DNA of 64,000 nucleotides, taken from positions 94,054,001-94,118,000 of the forward strand of contig NC_043005.1 in assembly GCF_006345805.1 (NCBI RefSeq). The letters run 5' to 3'. Position numbers and translations under genes: made by a program. Source of the stretch: Octopus sinensis. Lineage: Eukaryota. Below the pieces are notes generated by a model that was not told where the DNA came from, ran no database searches, and saw nothing but the letters and a program-made list of their open reading frames with translations. The number at the start of each line of letters is the position of its first letter. The first letter of the stretch is position 1. Positions 12,188 through 25,290 of this stretch are shown here, piece after piece.

Positions 12188-15100
12188 TTAACATACGGTG
12201 TGCTCGGGGCACCCGTTGACGGCGAGGGTGGTGTTGTAGGAGCCGGTGAAGGCAAGGCGTTGTGCAGGTGAAGGTGTTTGTGCAGGTGAAGGCGTTTGTG
12301 CAGGTGAAAGTGTTGTTAAAGGTGCATAGGTGGGTGTGTCAAGGTTGTCATCAAAAGATGAAGACGTCTCAAAATGTGCCTTTTTTAAACGGTCCACGGA
12401 AACGGTCTCCGAACGACCATTTATCTCAATCGTGAAAACCTTTGGTGTGCGAGAAAGCACACGAAAAGGTCCTTTATAGGGAGAAACAAGTGGGCCCTTC
12501 ACAGAATCGTCCCGAACAAAAACATGCGACCAGGTGTTCATATCCGGTGGAAGATGGGACGGTGGAGATTGCTTTCTGGGAAGCATGGGCGGAAGGTTTG
12601 AAAAATATTCCCGCAGTCTGGTGACATAGGTCGCCGGATCATGGGGGCGGGGAAGTGTCTGGCACCAACATCGTACCGGGCAATGCCAGTGTGGTACCAT
12701 ACAGCAGCTCTGCAGCAGAAAACCCCAGGTCTGCCTTGACAGCAGTCCGACAGCCGAGAAGCACAATGGGCAGAAATTCGATCCAGGACTGTGGGTCCGA
12801 AGAGGCACGAAGAGCGGCCTTGAGCTGTCTATGGAACCGCTCAACCAATCCATTAGACGCTGGATGGTAGCTTGTGGTGTGGATATGGTGCATACCCAAA
12901 ATTCGCGACAATTCGCGAAATAGCGAGGCCTCAAACTGTCGTCCACGATCAGTTGTCAATCGGGACGGGACTCCGAAGCGAGAAATCCAGTTTGAAACGA
13001 AAGCTCGCGCAACAGTCTCAGCAGAAATGTCTGCTATCGGAATGGCTTCTGGCCAGGGGAGAAACGATCGACACAAGTTAATAGATAAGAGAACCCGCGA
13101 CTCACAGGCCATGGTCCAACCAGATCGATGTGGACATGGCGAAAACGGGCCTCCGTGGGGGGAAATTGTCCAAGCGGGGCACGAACGTGCCGTTGAATCT
13201 TGGATCGTTGACACTTGGAGCAGGTGCGTGTCCAAGAAGTAATTGTGCGACGCATATTCGGCCAGAAAAACCGAGCAGTGATTAGTTTGAGGGTGGCAGC
13301 GATGCCAGGATGTGATAAGGAGTGCAGTGCTTCAAACACTGAGCGTTGATGGGTCTCAGGCACCAGTGGCCTGGGAGATCCAGTTGAAGTGTCACAAAGA
13401 ATGGTGCCTTCGGCTGACGGAAGCGGAAGGTAGGAAAACTGGCAACAGGAGAACTTGGGAGAAGTTAAATCTAACGACGCCAAAGGTGGCTGCTCCTGCG
13501 ATATGGCAGCTAAGTCGATAGCAGCAGGAGACGAAAGGGCGCAAACTGGAAGGCGAGAGAGAGCGTCAGCAGGAACGTTCTCTTTTCCAGGTATGTGTCG
13601 AATGTTGCTAGTAAATTGAGAGATAAAATCCAGGTGCCGAAAAGCACGGGGTGAGAGTTTGTCCGTTTTTGAAAACAGGGCAAACGTAAGGGGCTTGTGA
13701 TCCGTATAGATCACAAAATCTCGCCCTTCAAGTTGATGCTGGAATGACGAACCGATAGATAGATCGCTAGGAGCTCACGATCAAAGGTGCTGTATCGTCG
13801 TTCAGCTGGTTGCAGTTGACGGGAAAAGAAGGCTAGAGGTCGAACATGGTCATCCACTGTGTGTTGTAACACAGCGCCAATCGCAGTGTCCGATGCGTCC
13901 ACAGTCAAAGAGAGAGAAGCACCAGGAACTGGATGTGCAAGCAAAGAAACAGAAGCCAGCTCCTTCTTAATGGACTCAAAGGCTGTCACTGCCTCAACAG
14001 AGAGGGTGACTTGACTGTCCTTTCTAGGAGAGTCCTTTAACAGCCTGGTGAGAGGTAGCAGCTTATCTGCACAACCGGGAATGAAGCGTCGGTAGAAATT
14101 GACCATCCCTAGATAATGCCTGAGCTGGCGCAAGGAAGTGGGGGGTGCGATGCGTTGAATGGCATCGACTTTTGACGAGAGGGGGCTGATTCCAGTCGAA
14201 TCAATATGATGCCCTAGAAAATCTAGGGAAGAGCGTCCGAAAACACACTTGTCGGGGTTTATGCGTATGCTATACGCGCGAAGACGCGATGGAAGAGTTG
14301 AGAAGGTGCCGGAGATGATTTTCTCGTGTGTCGCTCGCAATGAGTATGTCATCGACATAGGCAAACACAAAATCAAGACCGCGGACAACCTCATCAATGA
14401 AACGCTGGAAGGTGCTAGTAGCATTCCGCAAACCGAAACTCATGTACAAAAACTCAAAACACCCAAACGGGGTAGTGATTGCAGTTTTTGGAACGTCGGC
14501 TGGGTTGACCGGTATTTGGTGGTAAGCGCGTATCAGATCGACCTTCGAAAAAATGGTACAACCATGGAGATTTGCCGTAAAGTCCCGGAGATTTCTAATC
14601 GGATAGCGATCGGCTATTGTGACGGCATTGAGGCGTCGATAGTCTCAACCGGCGAAAATCAGACTCGCCCTTTCGCGCCAAATGAAGGGGAGATGCCCAT
14701 GGGCTGGTGGAGGGGCGTATAAAGCCAAGTTGAAGCATGTGCTCAAACTCGGCTCTGGCCGTTTTAGTCGGTCTGGCGCTAGGCGCCGGGGGCGTGAGAA
14801 TACAGGTGGCCCATTGGTGGTGATGAAATGGAGGGTCGAGTGGGTAGGCTTTTCCGGTTTAAAGGCAATGTCCACTAGCTCCGGAAATGAAACCAAAAGA
14901 GAGTGAAAAGGGTCTCCAGAGGTGGCAACAAAGAATGTCGGGCTAAGGACCGCAGTGGTGGAACTCCCAGTCGGTGTAGAGAGCGACGTCGTGCTATCAA
15001 GAAGCCTCCGACGCCTGACATCCACCAATAGATTAAACCTATCCAGGAAATCAGCACCGAGAATAGGATGCGGGATGTCAGCGATGACGAAAACCCATCG

Positions 15101-15361
15101 AAAGTCTCGACGAAGGTTGAGGTCGAGGCGCAGCGAAATCTGACCGTAAGTGGTTATGGGAGACGAGTCAATAGCATGCAAGACAATCGAAGAGCGCTTG
15201 GGCTTGTATACAGCCAGACGAAGGGGCCAGATGCTGCAACAGGAGCCGGTGTCCACCATGAAGAATTTCTTCGACACCAGATCTTTTACATAGAATGCAC
15301 GATGTTTGGGAAACGAGATGGAAGAAGGTGACGTGCTCACCTCCTCCGGATTTAGTTTTCC
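12188..15361 (-). pseudogene. pol: Gypsy Pol (protease, RT, RNase H, integrase) broken by several single-base indels
   Basis: FMVDTGS protease; YVDD at 14348-14359; VDASD and YSTFDRELLA RNase H; HHCC zinc finger; LTTDRGRQF and NGLVERFH integrase. Split across 5-6 frames. Confidence 0.92.
15321..15361 (-). promoter_or_regulatory. Putative -1 ribosomal frameshift signal (gag-pol)
   Basis: GGAAAAC immediately before the gag stop, a 7-nt spacer, then an 11-bp hairpin GGAGGAGGUGA/UCACCUUCUUC. The pol frame is -1 relative to gag. Confidence 0.7.
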
Positions 15362-16212
15362 GAGGGCTTGAAAGTGCACGGCTGGGTACACCGATCTGCC
15401 TTTTCGGCATATCTCGAATGGTACCAGCACCAGCCGGAACGAGAAACAGAGTCACTCCGACTGCGGGAAATAGAGCTACTGCGACTACGAGATTGGCGTC
15501 CGATCGCACGGCACAGATCATCGATCCTCCGCGTAAGCGCGTCGATGTTCTCGGCCAGTTTATCGTTCGTCGGAGGTGTCGGGGGGGGATCTGTACATGC
15601 GTACAGGCCCCGCGAGGGAGATGGGCGCGAAAACTCCAACACTTTGTCGGCCATCGTGGCGATCTGGTCCACAGACACAGCATCCAGTGCCGTGGCCAAC
15701 ATTGTCTGCACGTGGGCAGGCAGCCTTGAGAAAAATATTTTACGTAAGAGCGGCGCGTCAGCGGCGTTGCCGCTTAGCTCCCTTAGATGGCGCAGAAACT
15801 GGGATGGAGTTCTGTCCCCTAACTGCTCGTCGGCCATCAGCTCATTAAACTGACTTTCTTCTGAGCGCGTATTGCGACGGAGGATCTCCGCCTTTACTGA
15901 CGCATATGTGGCGTCAGGATGGGGACTCACAATGAGATCCCTGACCGATGTTGCGAGCCGGGAGGGCAAACTTGAATACAGTAGATGTAACTGCTGTTGT
16001 GGCGGAATGGTATGCGCGGCAAAGTGTGATTCCACCTGTGCAAACCACAGCCCCGCATCCCCCGTGAATGAAGGCAAACCTGAAGCCATGCCTTTGTCGG
16101 AAGGAGTCTGTGAGAAGGGGGCAGAAGGTATGGTCGAGAAATGGAGAGAGAACACGTGGAACCGACAAGGCAAATCAAAATTGTGTTTGTGTGTGCACCT
16201 CGTGGGTAGCAA
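15352..16212 (-). CDS. gag: Gypsy Gag (probable start at MASGLPSF, ~16089)
   Basis: LWFAQVESHF motif, RS-rich stretch and CWYHSRYAEKADRCTQPC (CHCC knuckle typical of the CsRn1 clade). Confidence 0.9.
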   Translation of the reverse strand: MLPTRCTHKHNFDLPCRFHVFSLHFSTIPSAPFSQTPSDKGMASGLPSFTGDAGLWFAQVESHFAAHTIPPQQQLHLLYSSLPSRLATSVRDLIVSPHPDATYASVKAEILRRNTRSEESQFNELMADEQLGDRTPSQFLRHLRELSGNAADAPLLRKIFFSRLPAHVQTMLATALDAVSVDQIATMADKVLEFSRPSPSRGLYACTDPPPTPPTNDKLAENIDALTRRIDDLCRAIGRQSRSRSSSISRSRSDSVSRSGWCWYHSRYAEKADRCTQPCTFKPSEN

Positions 16213-16460
16213 AAAAAAAAAGGAATAGGTGTGTACAAGGAAAACAAAATACAGAAAAGGAAAAATGAATGTGTGTGTGTTTTCTTTTTTTTTTTTTTCT
16301 TTCTTTTTGTACTGAGTGCGATGAATAAGGTTATTTGACCCACCTCGCCGTGCTGAAAAGGAGAAAAATAGGAAAATAAATATGAATTTCCGCGCTCTTC
16401 GGCCCCAAAAAAAAACCTGTTCGCTGTGTCTTCTTCTATCCTGTTCTTTTTCTTCAACTA

Positions 16461-16470
16461 GGGGTCACCA
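16461..16470 (-). promoter_or_regulatory. Primer-binding site complementary to the tRNA-Trp 3' end
   Basis: TGGTGACCCC, 2 nt downstream of the 5' LTR. Matches the ...GGGGUCACCA end of eukaryotic tRNA-Trp as I recall it. Confidence 0.8.
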
Positions 16471-17111
16471 ATTGTAACGTGAAAGGATCTATCATCGAAG
16501 CACTGGAAGGGTGTCGAGATCCTTTCTAGTCACATACAAAATTCTTGCAGAAAACAAACAGACGAAACTCAGGTTAAAGGTGAACAGACAACTTGGTTTA
16601 TTGATTCATGGTTGTACGTTGTCTGATGGGGGAATAGACAGCCTCTGATATACTGCTGGTGTTGGTCGTTGAGGTTGGTTGAAGTTGGTTGAAGCTGGTG
16701 TGTGGCTGTCAGAGCCAGGAAAACCGTGACCGATCGCAGTGCTGTCTTGAGCCGAAGAGAGAGATTTGAGGTTCGCGGGCTCGAGAGATGTTTTCCCGCA
16801 CATGCGCATGGGGAAGACTTCCGGTGGCCACCCGGAAGTAGTCCCATTCTGCGCATGCGCGCCGAACCCTACACAGTAGCATCACTACACACCCTTCATT
16901 ATTACGAATAACCATATTTTATCTCAGTAGATGACCACAGCATCTTGTTTTGGCTACACGCGGGTGGGAAGGGGCTGGTGACACAATCTTTTCATTCACA
17001 CTTTGAATTTGGTGATACTAGTTGCGGATTCTAGCTCGCTCTGATACTGAGTTGAGTTGGTGCCTTCTAGTATCTCAAAATTCAATATATAATCATTTAT
17101 GATTATAGTAT

Positions 17112-17211
17112 TCTACGCTGAAGAGAAAAGAAGTTTTGGTAAGGTAGAATTATTTAATATTTAATTCTTATGCTTTCCTAAAAACTTGATTTCGAAACGT
17201 GCGTCCGTAGA
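17112..17211 (+). ncRNA. Type I hammerhead ribozyme with a ~70-nt stem II
   Basis: Stem I UCUACG/CGUAGA; CUGAAGA 17118-17124; stem II GAAA/UUUC, AAGUUUU/AAAACUU, AGAAUUA/UAAUUCU; GAAAC 17194-17198; GUC 17203-17205. Confidence 0.85.
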
Positions 17212-17395
17212 TAACTTAAAATGTATGATAGATTGCCGTCAATTCATTCTCTCTTACCTTTGTGTCTGCCTTCCAATTGCTGTTTTTACTGAGATCTCCC
17301 TTTTTAGTAGAAGAAATAGCTATAACTCTTTGACTGCTATTTCTAAATTCGGTATGTGGTAAGGCAATTCGTTGCTAAACCCTTTATTGCTTAGT

Positions 17396-17466
<71 letters not shown>

Positions 17467-17467
17467 C

Positions 17468-17509
<42 letters not shown>

Positions 17510-17523
17510 TTACATATATAGAT

Positions 17524-17562
<39 letters not shown>

Positions 17563-17648
17563 CATATATATATGTATATATATATGTATATATATATATT
17601 ATATATATATATGTAGATATATATATATACATATATATATAATATATA

Positions 17649-17679
<31 letters not shown>

Positions 17680-17711
17680 GTATATAATATATATATATAT
17701 ATACATATAAT

Positions 17712-17756
<45 letters not shown>

Positions 17757-17784
17757 CATATATATATATACACACATATATATA

Positions 17785-18080
17785 CTAGCAGCAGTATCGC
17801 CCGGCGTTGCTCGGGTTTGTAAGGGAAATAACTATATAAGCATTTTAGAGAGTTATAGCCAAAAAATAGCAAAAAAATGCATTAAAATGGAAAAATATGA
17901 TGGTAATTTTTTTTAAAATCGTAGACTCATCGTAGACGCGCGCTAATACCCAGAAGGGCTCGATATGAATCACGACTATAAGATACCCGCTTTTGGTTAA
18001 ACTGCACCGCAAAATGTGGGAGTAGTTACGAATCTAAATCGTAGGAGACAGACACACAACTTCCCTTTTATATTTAAAGA
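17785..18080 (-). mobile_element. Non-autonomous Helitron (296 bp)
   Basis: A|TC 5' end, CTAG|T 3' end, hairpin CCCGAGCAACGCCGGG (17800-17815) just upstream of the 3' end, no TSD. Confidence 0.75.
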
Positions 18081-18559
18081 TATAAGCCACGTAGTTTATA
18101 CACCATACTTAGTATATACACATTCTTAAAAGAAAATGTTATTTGAAAACAAACATTTATAAAGAAGAAAATATTTTTGGGTTTTTCTTTTAAACGGATG
18201 CATACATTTATTAATAACTATATATAAGTGTCGTCTGTATACATAAACACTGTTTCATACTGCAAGCTCGGCTCGCCAATTAATACTAACAAAATTTAAC
18301 GACAGAAAGTAAAATAAAAACCATTTACCTTCTCTGTATTATCATAGCAATTCGACCGTCCGTGTGTCTTTGCAAATGTGTTGGAATGAGAAGTGGTTGT
18401 GTTTTGGCGCCTTTTTTACTAATAACAAACACACACGTGTTTGTATGTAGTTGTTTGAAACGTTTGTGTTTGTCACTGTCATATGTATGTGTATGCGTGT
18501 GTGTGAGGAATGACACACACACACTCACGCACGCACACATGTACATCAATGCTTTCGGA

Positions 18560-19125
18560 GTGAAATGTTAAAATATTGAGTTTTCTCGAATTTTGTCTTA
18601 ATTGGGGGTAAAATTGAAAGAAATTTTGTATGGCATGACCCAATGGAAGTACTTTGAAAAATCATGGGTAAACTCTAATTGAAGAAATTGTGTGAGGAGT
18701 AAATCGTTATGTATTTATTTGTTTCTGTTTGCTGTGTTTTTTTTTTTTAGTAGTGGTTTAAGGTACACTTCTCTCGTTTTATCGAAATAGTTTCACTTTA
18801 ATCGTTGCAAACTTGCCAAGAAAAAGTCGTAGAAATTAGAGTGATAGCTTGAGTGAATCAGATCGCTCCCTTTTTGTGTGTGTGTGTGTGTGTGTGCGTG
18901 TGCTATAGCCCACACTAAGAAAAGCACTTGACTCACACACCACAATGTGAGTTTTCTCTAAATTTTACTTAATTGGGGTTGAAATTTTAAAAACTGGACC
19001 TGGCACGACCCGATGCATTCTACTCTTAAAAATGCTAGGTAAATTGTAATTGAAGAAATGCTATATTGTAGATTTCTATAAGAGACAAAGGGAGGCAGAT
19101 AAAATCTGCCTTTTATAATAAGAGA
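18560..19125 (-). mobile_element. Helitron-like fragment with an internal ~130-bp duplication
   Basis: 5' end A|TCTCTTATTATAAAAGGCAG resembles the other Helitron 5' ends. 18580-18710 resembles 18945-19070. The 3' end was not found. Confidence 0.4.
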
Positions 19126-19189
19126 TATACATTTTTCTTTTTTCCAGTTTCAGCTAATATATATATTTATATATATATTATATGTATAT

Positions 19190-19279
<90 letters not shown>

Positions 19280-19490
19280 ATATGTATATATATATATATG
19301 TATATAATACTACAAAATTAGAAAATGGAGAAACATACTTAAATCAATAAAACATCAACTATCAGATTACCCAATCAATACTTTATTACACCATTACATA
19401 TCAGTAAAGGCATTATACAAAATATACAGTAAATGTAAATAGACAAAGAGATATAAATAAAATTTCAAATATAATATGTAATAAATCATA

Positions 19491-19599
19491 TCTGACAGCT
19501 GTACGGCAGCAAGGGCAGTCATACCTCATTTAACCTATAAGCCATAAAGGCAGGTATAAATGAGGCATTAACAAGGATGCCCCACGGCCTCTTCAGAGA
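19491..19599 (-). ncRNA. Degenerate hammerhead motif in a PLE tail
   Basis: UCU-CUGAAGA-GGC...long stem...GCC-GUAC (GAAAC mutated)-AGCU-GUC-AGA. Palindromic ACAGCUGU. Confidence 0.5.
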
Positions 19600-20569
19600 A
19601 TTAAATTTGTTATAATTGTGAAAAAATTATTTTTCCATATACATATAAATATAAAAATATAAAAATGTAAAATATAAAAACTTATGCATAAACTTCATAA
19701 TGCTACACTTATATAATATAATACTCATTGGTACAATAATGCAAAAGGTAAACAAAACAAAATAAAACAAAATATATATCAGTGTATATATTAATATTAA
19801 TAAGCACAGTTATTATACATATTTGGCTAATAGTTTTAAAAAACTAACACATAGGGGATGAAAAAATAATAATTAAAACCATGGTTCAGTTCATAAAATT
19901 ATAAAGCTATAAAAGTCAATAAAAATTACTATTAATATTAATAATAATAATAATAAAAAATAGATACAGTTATGTTTGCACCAAGTCCATCCTTTCAAGA
20001 TCGAAATAACTATGAGTTTAGAAATTCTGACCACTAGGTAATGATTATTTAGATTAATTCGATTGGCTAGTAGTTTGAAATTTAAATCACAAAAAGAATT
20101 TTACGGTTAGTTAGTCAAGGAACGCCAATATTCACACGCGCATCCACAGATCAATCGCACATACATACATAATTATGTATACACACACACATACACTTAT
20201 ACACATACATAACACAAGCAACAACTAGCACATAGATAAACAAATAGGGGAGCAACTATGCTGCCATTTAGTCTTTCAAAATTATAACTATGCCTCAAAT
20301 AACAAAAAAGATCCACTCATGCATTTCCATAAAATATTTATTTTAAAGATATATATATTTTTAAATATCAGTATGTTACGATGTCAGATACTATTTCATT
20401 GGGTAACTTAAATTTATAACACCGGTTATTGCATAGTAAACATACCGGTTATTAGATTTACCATAAGTTTGTTATGATTCCAAGTACGCTAAGTTGTAAA
20501 AAATATATTAATTTATATATTATAAATATATCTTTTTTACTTAATAAATTCAATGCCATAATATACCAG

Positions 20570-21380
<811 letters not shown>

Positions 21381-21676
21381 TAAATTGATCAAAATAAAAA
21401 CATGATGCCAGGATTCAGTGGTACATATGTTCGGGCCTTTATTAGACAGATTTATAACAATGCATAATGTATGTCTGTGGCCTTCTGTGGTCACAGACAT
21501 ACATTATGCATTGTTATAAATCTGTCTAATAAAGGCCTGAAACATATGTACCGCTGAATCCTTGGCATCATCATGATTTTATTGGATCAATTTACTCCAC
21601 CACCTAACCACCAAACGGTATACACAGGTGCTTATAATTATCAAGTACTCACCCCGAATTTCTGTACTCAACTCAC

Positions 21677-21690
<14 letters not shown>
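21381..21690. mobile_element. PLE-tail fold-back (arms 21381-21482 and 21489-21594) containing the 3' half of an HHR
   Basis: ~100-bp inverted repeat. The right arm reads GGCCU-GAAAC-AUAU-GUA-CCGCUG (palindrome ACAUAUGU). Flanked by (TA)n. Confidence 0.6.
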
Positions 21691-21768
<78 letters not shown>

Positions 21769-21770
<2 letters not shown>

Positions 21771-22058
21771 TCATCATCATCATCACCGTTTAGCGTCTGT
21801 TTTCCATGCTGGGGTCTGTGAAGTCAGAAGGCTTCATCAGGCCCAGTGAGATCTGGCAGAGTTTCTACAGCTGGATGCCCTTCCTAACGCCAACCACTCC
21901 GTGAGGTAGTGGGTGCTTTTTACGTGCCACCCGCACAGGTGCCAGACAGAGCTGCCAAACGGCCATGAATGGATGGTGCTTTTTATGTGCCAGGCGAGGC
22001 TGGCAACGGACACGAACAGATGCTGCTTTTTACGTGCCACTTGCACGAGGCCAGTATA

Positions 22059-22095
<37 letters not shown>

Positions 22096-22676
22096 ACATA
22101 CACTTTTTTATCCAAGGGGAAGCAATAGGAGCAACAACCACAGGAACACCACAAAATTCAAAGATAGACCAAACACATGCAAATCTTATATACTAGTTTA
22201 TATCTATACAGTCCGACATATTAGAAATTTAAAAATTCAGTAATATATAAGTATCATATACTTATCATATACATATACAAATAAAAATATAAATACAAAT
22301 ATAAATAAATATACATGTAAATTTTGCATATAACATGCTTAAAACAGTTTTAAGCGTGTTATATGCAAAATTTATATTTATATTTATTTTTATATTTATA
22401 TTTTTTAGATTTATATTTGTATTTATATTTTTATTTGTATATGATACTTATATATTACTGAATTTTTAAATTTCTAATATGTCGGACTGTATAGATATAA
22501 ACTAGTATATAAGATTTGCATGTGTATGGTCTATCTTTGAATTTTGTGGTGTTCCTGTGGTTGTTGCTCCTATTGCCTCCACTTGGATAAAAAAGTGTAT
22601 ACAGCTCATTGGAGCACTTCTATTTCCAGTCCGTTGTATATCTTGAGTGTTGTTACTCAAGATATACATATATATA

Positions 22677-22733
<57 letters not shown>

Positions 22734-22858
22734 ATATATTTATACATACATACATATAGTAGTAGTAACAGAAAAGAGGAATTTCGATTATCCCCATGTA
22801 GTGGGTAGTAATGTATATAAGAAATTAAAAGATATAAAAAATCTTGCACAACAAAATA

Positions 22859-22897
<39 letters not shown>

Positions 22898-23652
22898 TCA
22901 TCATTTAGCGTCCGCTTTCAATGCTAGCATGGGTTGGACGGTTCAACTGGGGTCTGTGAAGCCAGAAGGCTGCATCAGGCCCAGTCTGATCTGGCAGTGT
23001 TTGTAAGGCTGGATGCCCTACCTAACGCCAACCACTCCGTGAGTGTAGTGGGTGCTTTTTATGTGCCACCCGCACAGGTGCCAGATGGAGCTGGCAAACG
23101 GCCACGGACGGATGGTGCTTTTTACGTGCCACCGGCACGGGGGCCAGGCGAGGCTGGCAATGTCCATGATCGGATGTTGCTTTTACATGCCACCGGCACG
23201 GGGGCCAGGCGAGGCTGGCAATGGCCACGAATGGATGGTGCTTTTTACGTGTCACTGGCACGGAGGCCAGTCGGGGTGGCGCAGGCAACGGCCACGATCG
23301 GATGGTTCGCTTACTGGCACTGGTATCACAGCTGCAATTTCCATTGATGTTGATCGGCTTCGATTTTGGTTCTGCTTTCTGATATCTGATTTGATTTGGT
23401 TTGATTTTGATTTTGATTTTCACTTGCCTCAATGGGTCTTCACAAGTGGAGTTTTGTGTCCCAAGAAGGAAAGCTATGTATAAGTCGACTGGCTACATAC
23501 CAGGTAGAGGCCACGGATTATGGTCTCACTAGTCTTGCCGGGTCTTCTCACGCACAGCATACTTCCATAGGTCTCGGTCTCTAGTTATTTCCTTGGTGAG
23601 ACCTAAAGTTCGAAGGTCGTGCTTCACCACCTCGTCCCAGGTTTTCCTGGGT
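21769..23652 (-). mobile_element. Two RTE LINE 3' fragments (21769-22054; 22896-23652, the latter with the RT C-terminus [14 protein letters not shown])
   Basis: (ATC)n tail on the plus strand, conserved 3' UTR and ~50-bp tandem units. The C-terminal peptide matches 29495-30124. Confidence 0.85.
22098..22600. repeat. ~245-bp-arm palindrome centred at 22346, embedded in TA-rich sequence
   Basis: The arms are reverse complements with a few substitutions and indels. 1-nt spacer. Confidence 0.85.
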
Positions 23653-23728
23653 CTATATATATATAAATAAATATATACATATATATATATATAAATATAT
23701 ATATATATATCTATATATATATAAATAA

Positions 23729-23802
<74 letters not shown>

Positions 23803-23812
23803 TATATAATAA

Positions 23813-23887
<75 letters not shown>

Positions 23888-24779
23888 AATATATACATAT
23901 ATATATATAAATATATACATATATAAATATATGTATATATACTATTATATACATGACCCGACAAATCAAGTGAATTCATGGCTCTCAGGATGGCCTGCTA
24001 TGCTAACCTTGGATCATAGGATGACCCACTGTGCTTGAGGAGACCTATTGAGTCAAGTGCATCAGCATTAAAATCAAAATCAAATGGAAATTGTAGTTGT
24101 GCCATGCAGAGAGAAAAACAGCCAGATGGAGGAAAATTCTTCATATATAGAGAAGATCCAAAAATTAAATTGCAGAAGACAAAAAGAGAAACGAATACTT
24201 AATGAAGCTAGCCAGGAATCATGAAGTGGCACATAATGTTGACTCTTGGAATATTTTTGTTTAAGATGTTGAATTTGTGTATATTCACCTGAAGAAAACG
24301 TTTGTTATCACATGATGTAATAACTCTATTCATCAATAAATGTCTCATTTGAAACAGCTGAAGTGAACGAACCAATTCCCATGTTATTTGTTTTATTATT
24401 CACTTTACTCATAACCTGCAATTAGCGTGGATCTGAAATCTGTTAAGTGCAGTGTGTGCTCCTAGGTACAGCCTTGAGAATTGTGGTTTATCATGTTGGC
24501 TGCTTGTGATCGTATATACAATTGAAATTTTAATCCGTCCATACATCAGTATGTACATATACGTTCATACTGTTTTTGTTTTGTACATGATTGCCATTTC
24601 TTTGATCCAAACTGTGTGCTTTACTATTTGGATACCTGATTCACTTGAATCTTGAACTCATATACATAGTAGAAGAAAACACATAGTTCTCCATTTCTCA
24701 TCCGGCTGCAACCATCAGCTGAGCACCATGATTCAACAAGATTTCGGCCCATCAGGCTCAGTATCTCTCTACACAGTGG

Positions 24780-25290
24780 GCTTGCAACAGCTGGACGTAT
24801 TGCATTGCATCCCACTCATGACAGTTCTGCGGCCTTATCCACATTCATAAACCTCCTGGTGATCCAAGCACTACCCTCAACTGCTTTCTCCCTACATTCC
24901 TTGATGGTCTTCCTCACAGTAGACACACTAGCCATCTTTAGAAACCTTCTGAGAGAAGCTGCTGGGAAACCCCTGCAGTTGGCCTCAAACGCAACCAGCA
25001 CGCAGATGTAACCCTTCTCCTGAATCTCAGCTACCAGCTCTTCATAACCTAACAGTTTCCACTCATGGGCCTCAGCTATACTCTCCTCCAATGGCACAGT
25101 AAGCTCTCCAAGGACCACACGTCTCTGACCCTCATCTACCAAAAGTAGGTTGGGACAGAGTGCTGACACAACAATGCTTTCAGGCAATGGCTTGTTCACA
25201 AACACCTCACATTTTCTGTCTTCGCCCTCACACCTTGCTTCACAAATGCTGTCATGTGTCTCTTGCAACAAAGTTTAACAAGAAATTATG
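24780..25290 (-). pseudogene. C-terminal restriction-like endonuclease of an R2-group (HERO-like) non-LTR element
   Basis: CPNLLLVDEGQRRVVLGELTVPLEESIAEAHEWKLLGYEEL...FEANCRGF matches the degenerate RPDL...ELTVPxEE...K..KY...EVGCRGF signature. Confidence 0.7.

Larger units (their letters stand above)
11586..16889 (-). mobile_element. Full-length Ty3/Gypsy LTR retrotransposon, CsRn1/Kabuki/Boudicca lineage
   Basis: 417-bp LTRs (11586-12002, 16473-16889) with TG..CA ends and no difference seen by eye; 4-bp TSD CACC; PBS TGGTGACCCC (tRNA-Trp 3' end); PPT GGAGGGGAG; gag with CHCC motif; PR-RT-RH-IN order. Confidence 0.97.
11323..17397 (+). mobile_element. Retrozyme-like unit (~575-nt monomer, 1.3 copies) interrupted by the Gypsy insertion
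   Basis: 11323-11499 is directly repeated at 17206-17397. Both copies begin at the HHR cleavage position GUC|CGUAGA. Removing 11586-16893 reconstructs a 575-nt non-coding monomer. Confidence 0.75.

Noticed and set aside
14249-16268. Plus-strand ORFs overlapping the Gypsy (e.g. 15368-15853, 14249-14722)
   Set aside because: These are antisense shadows of the GC-rich gag/pol frames with no independent motifs.
24288-24310. CUGAAGA-AAACGUU hammerhead remnant
   Set aside because: Stem II is absent and stem I does not pair. At most it is a deleted relic.
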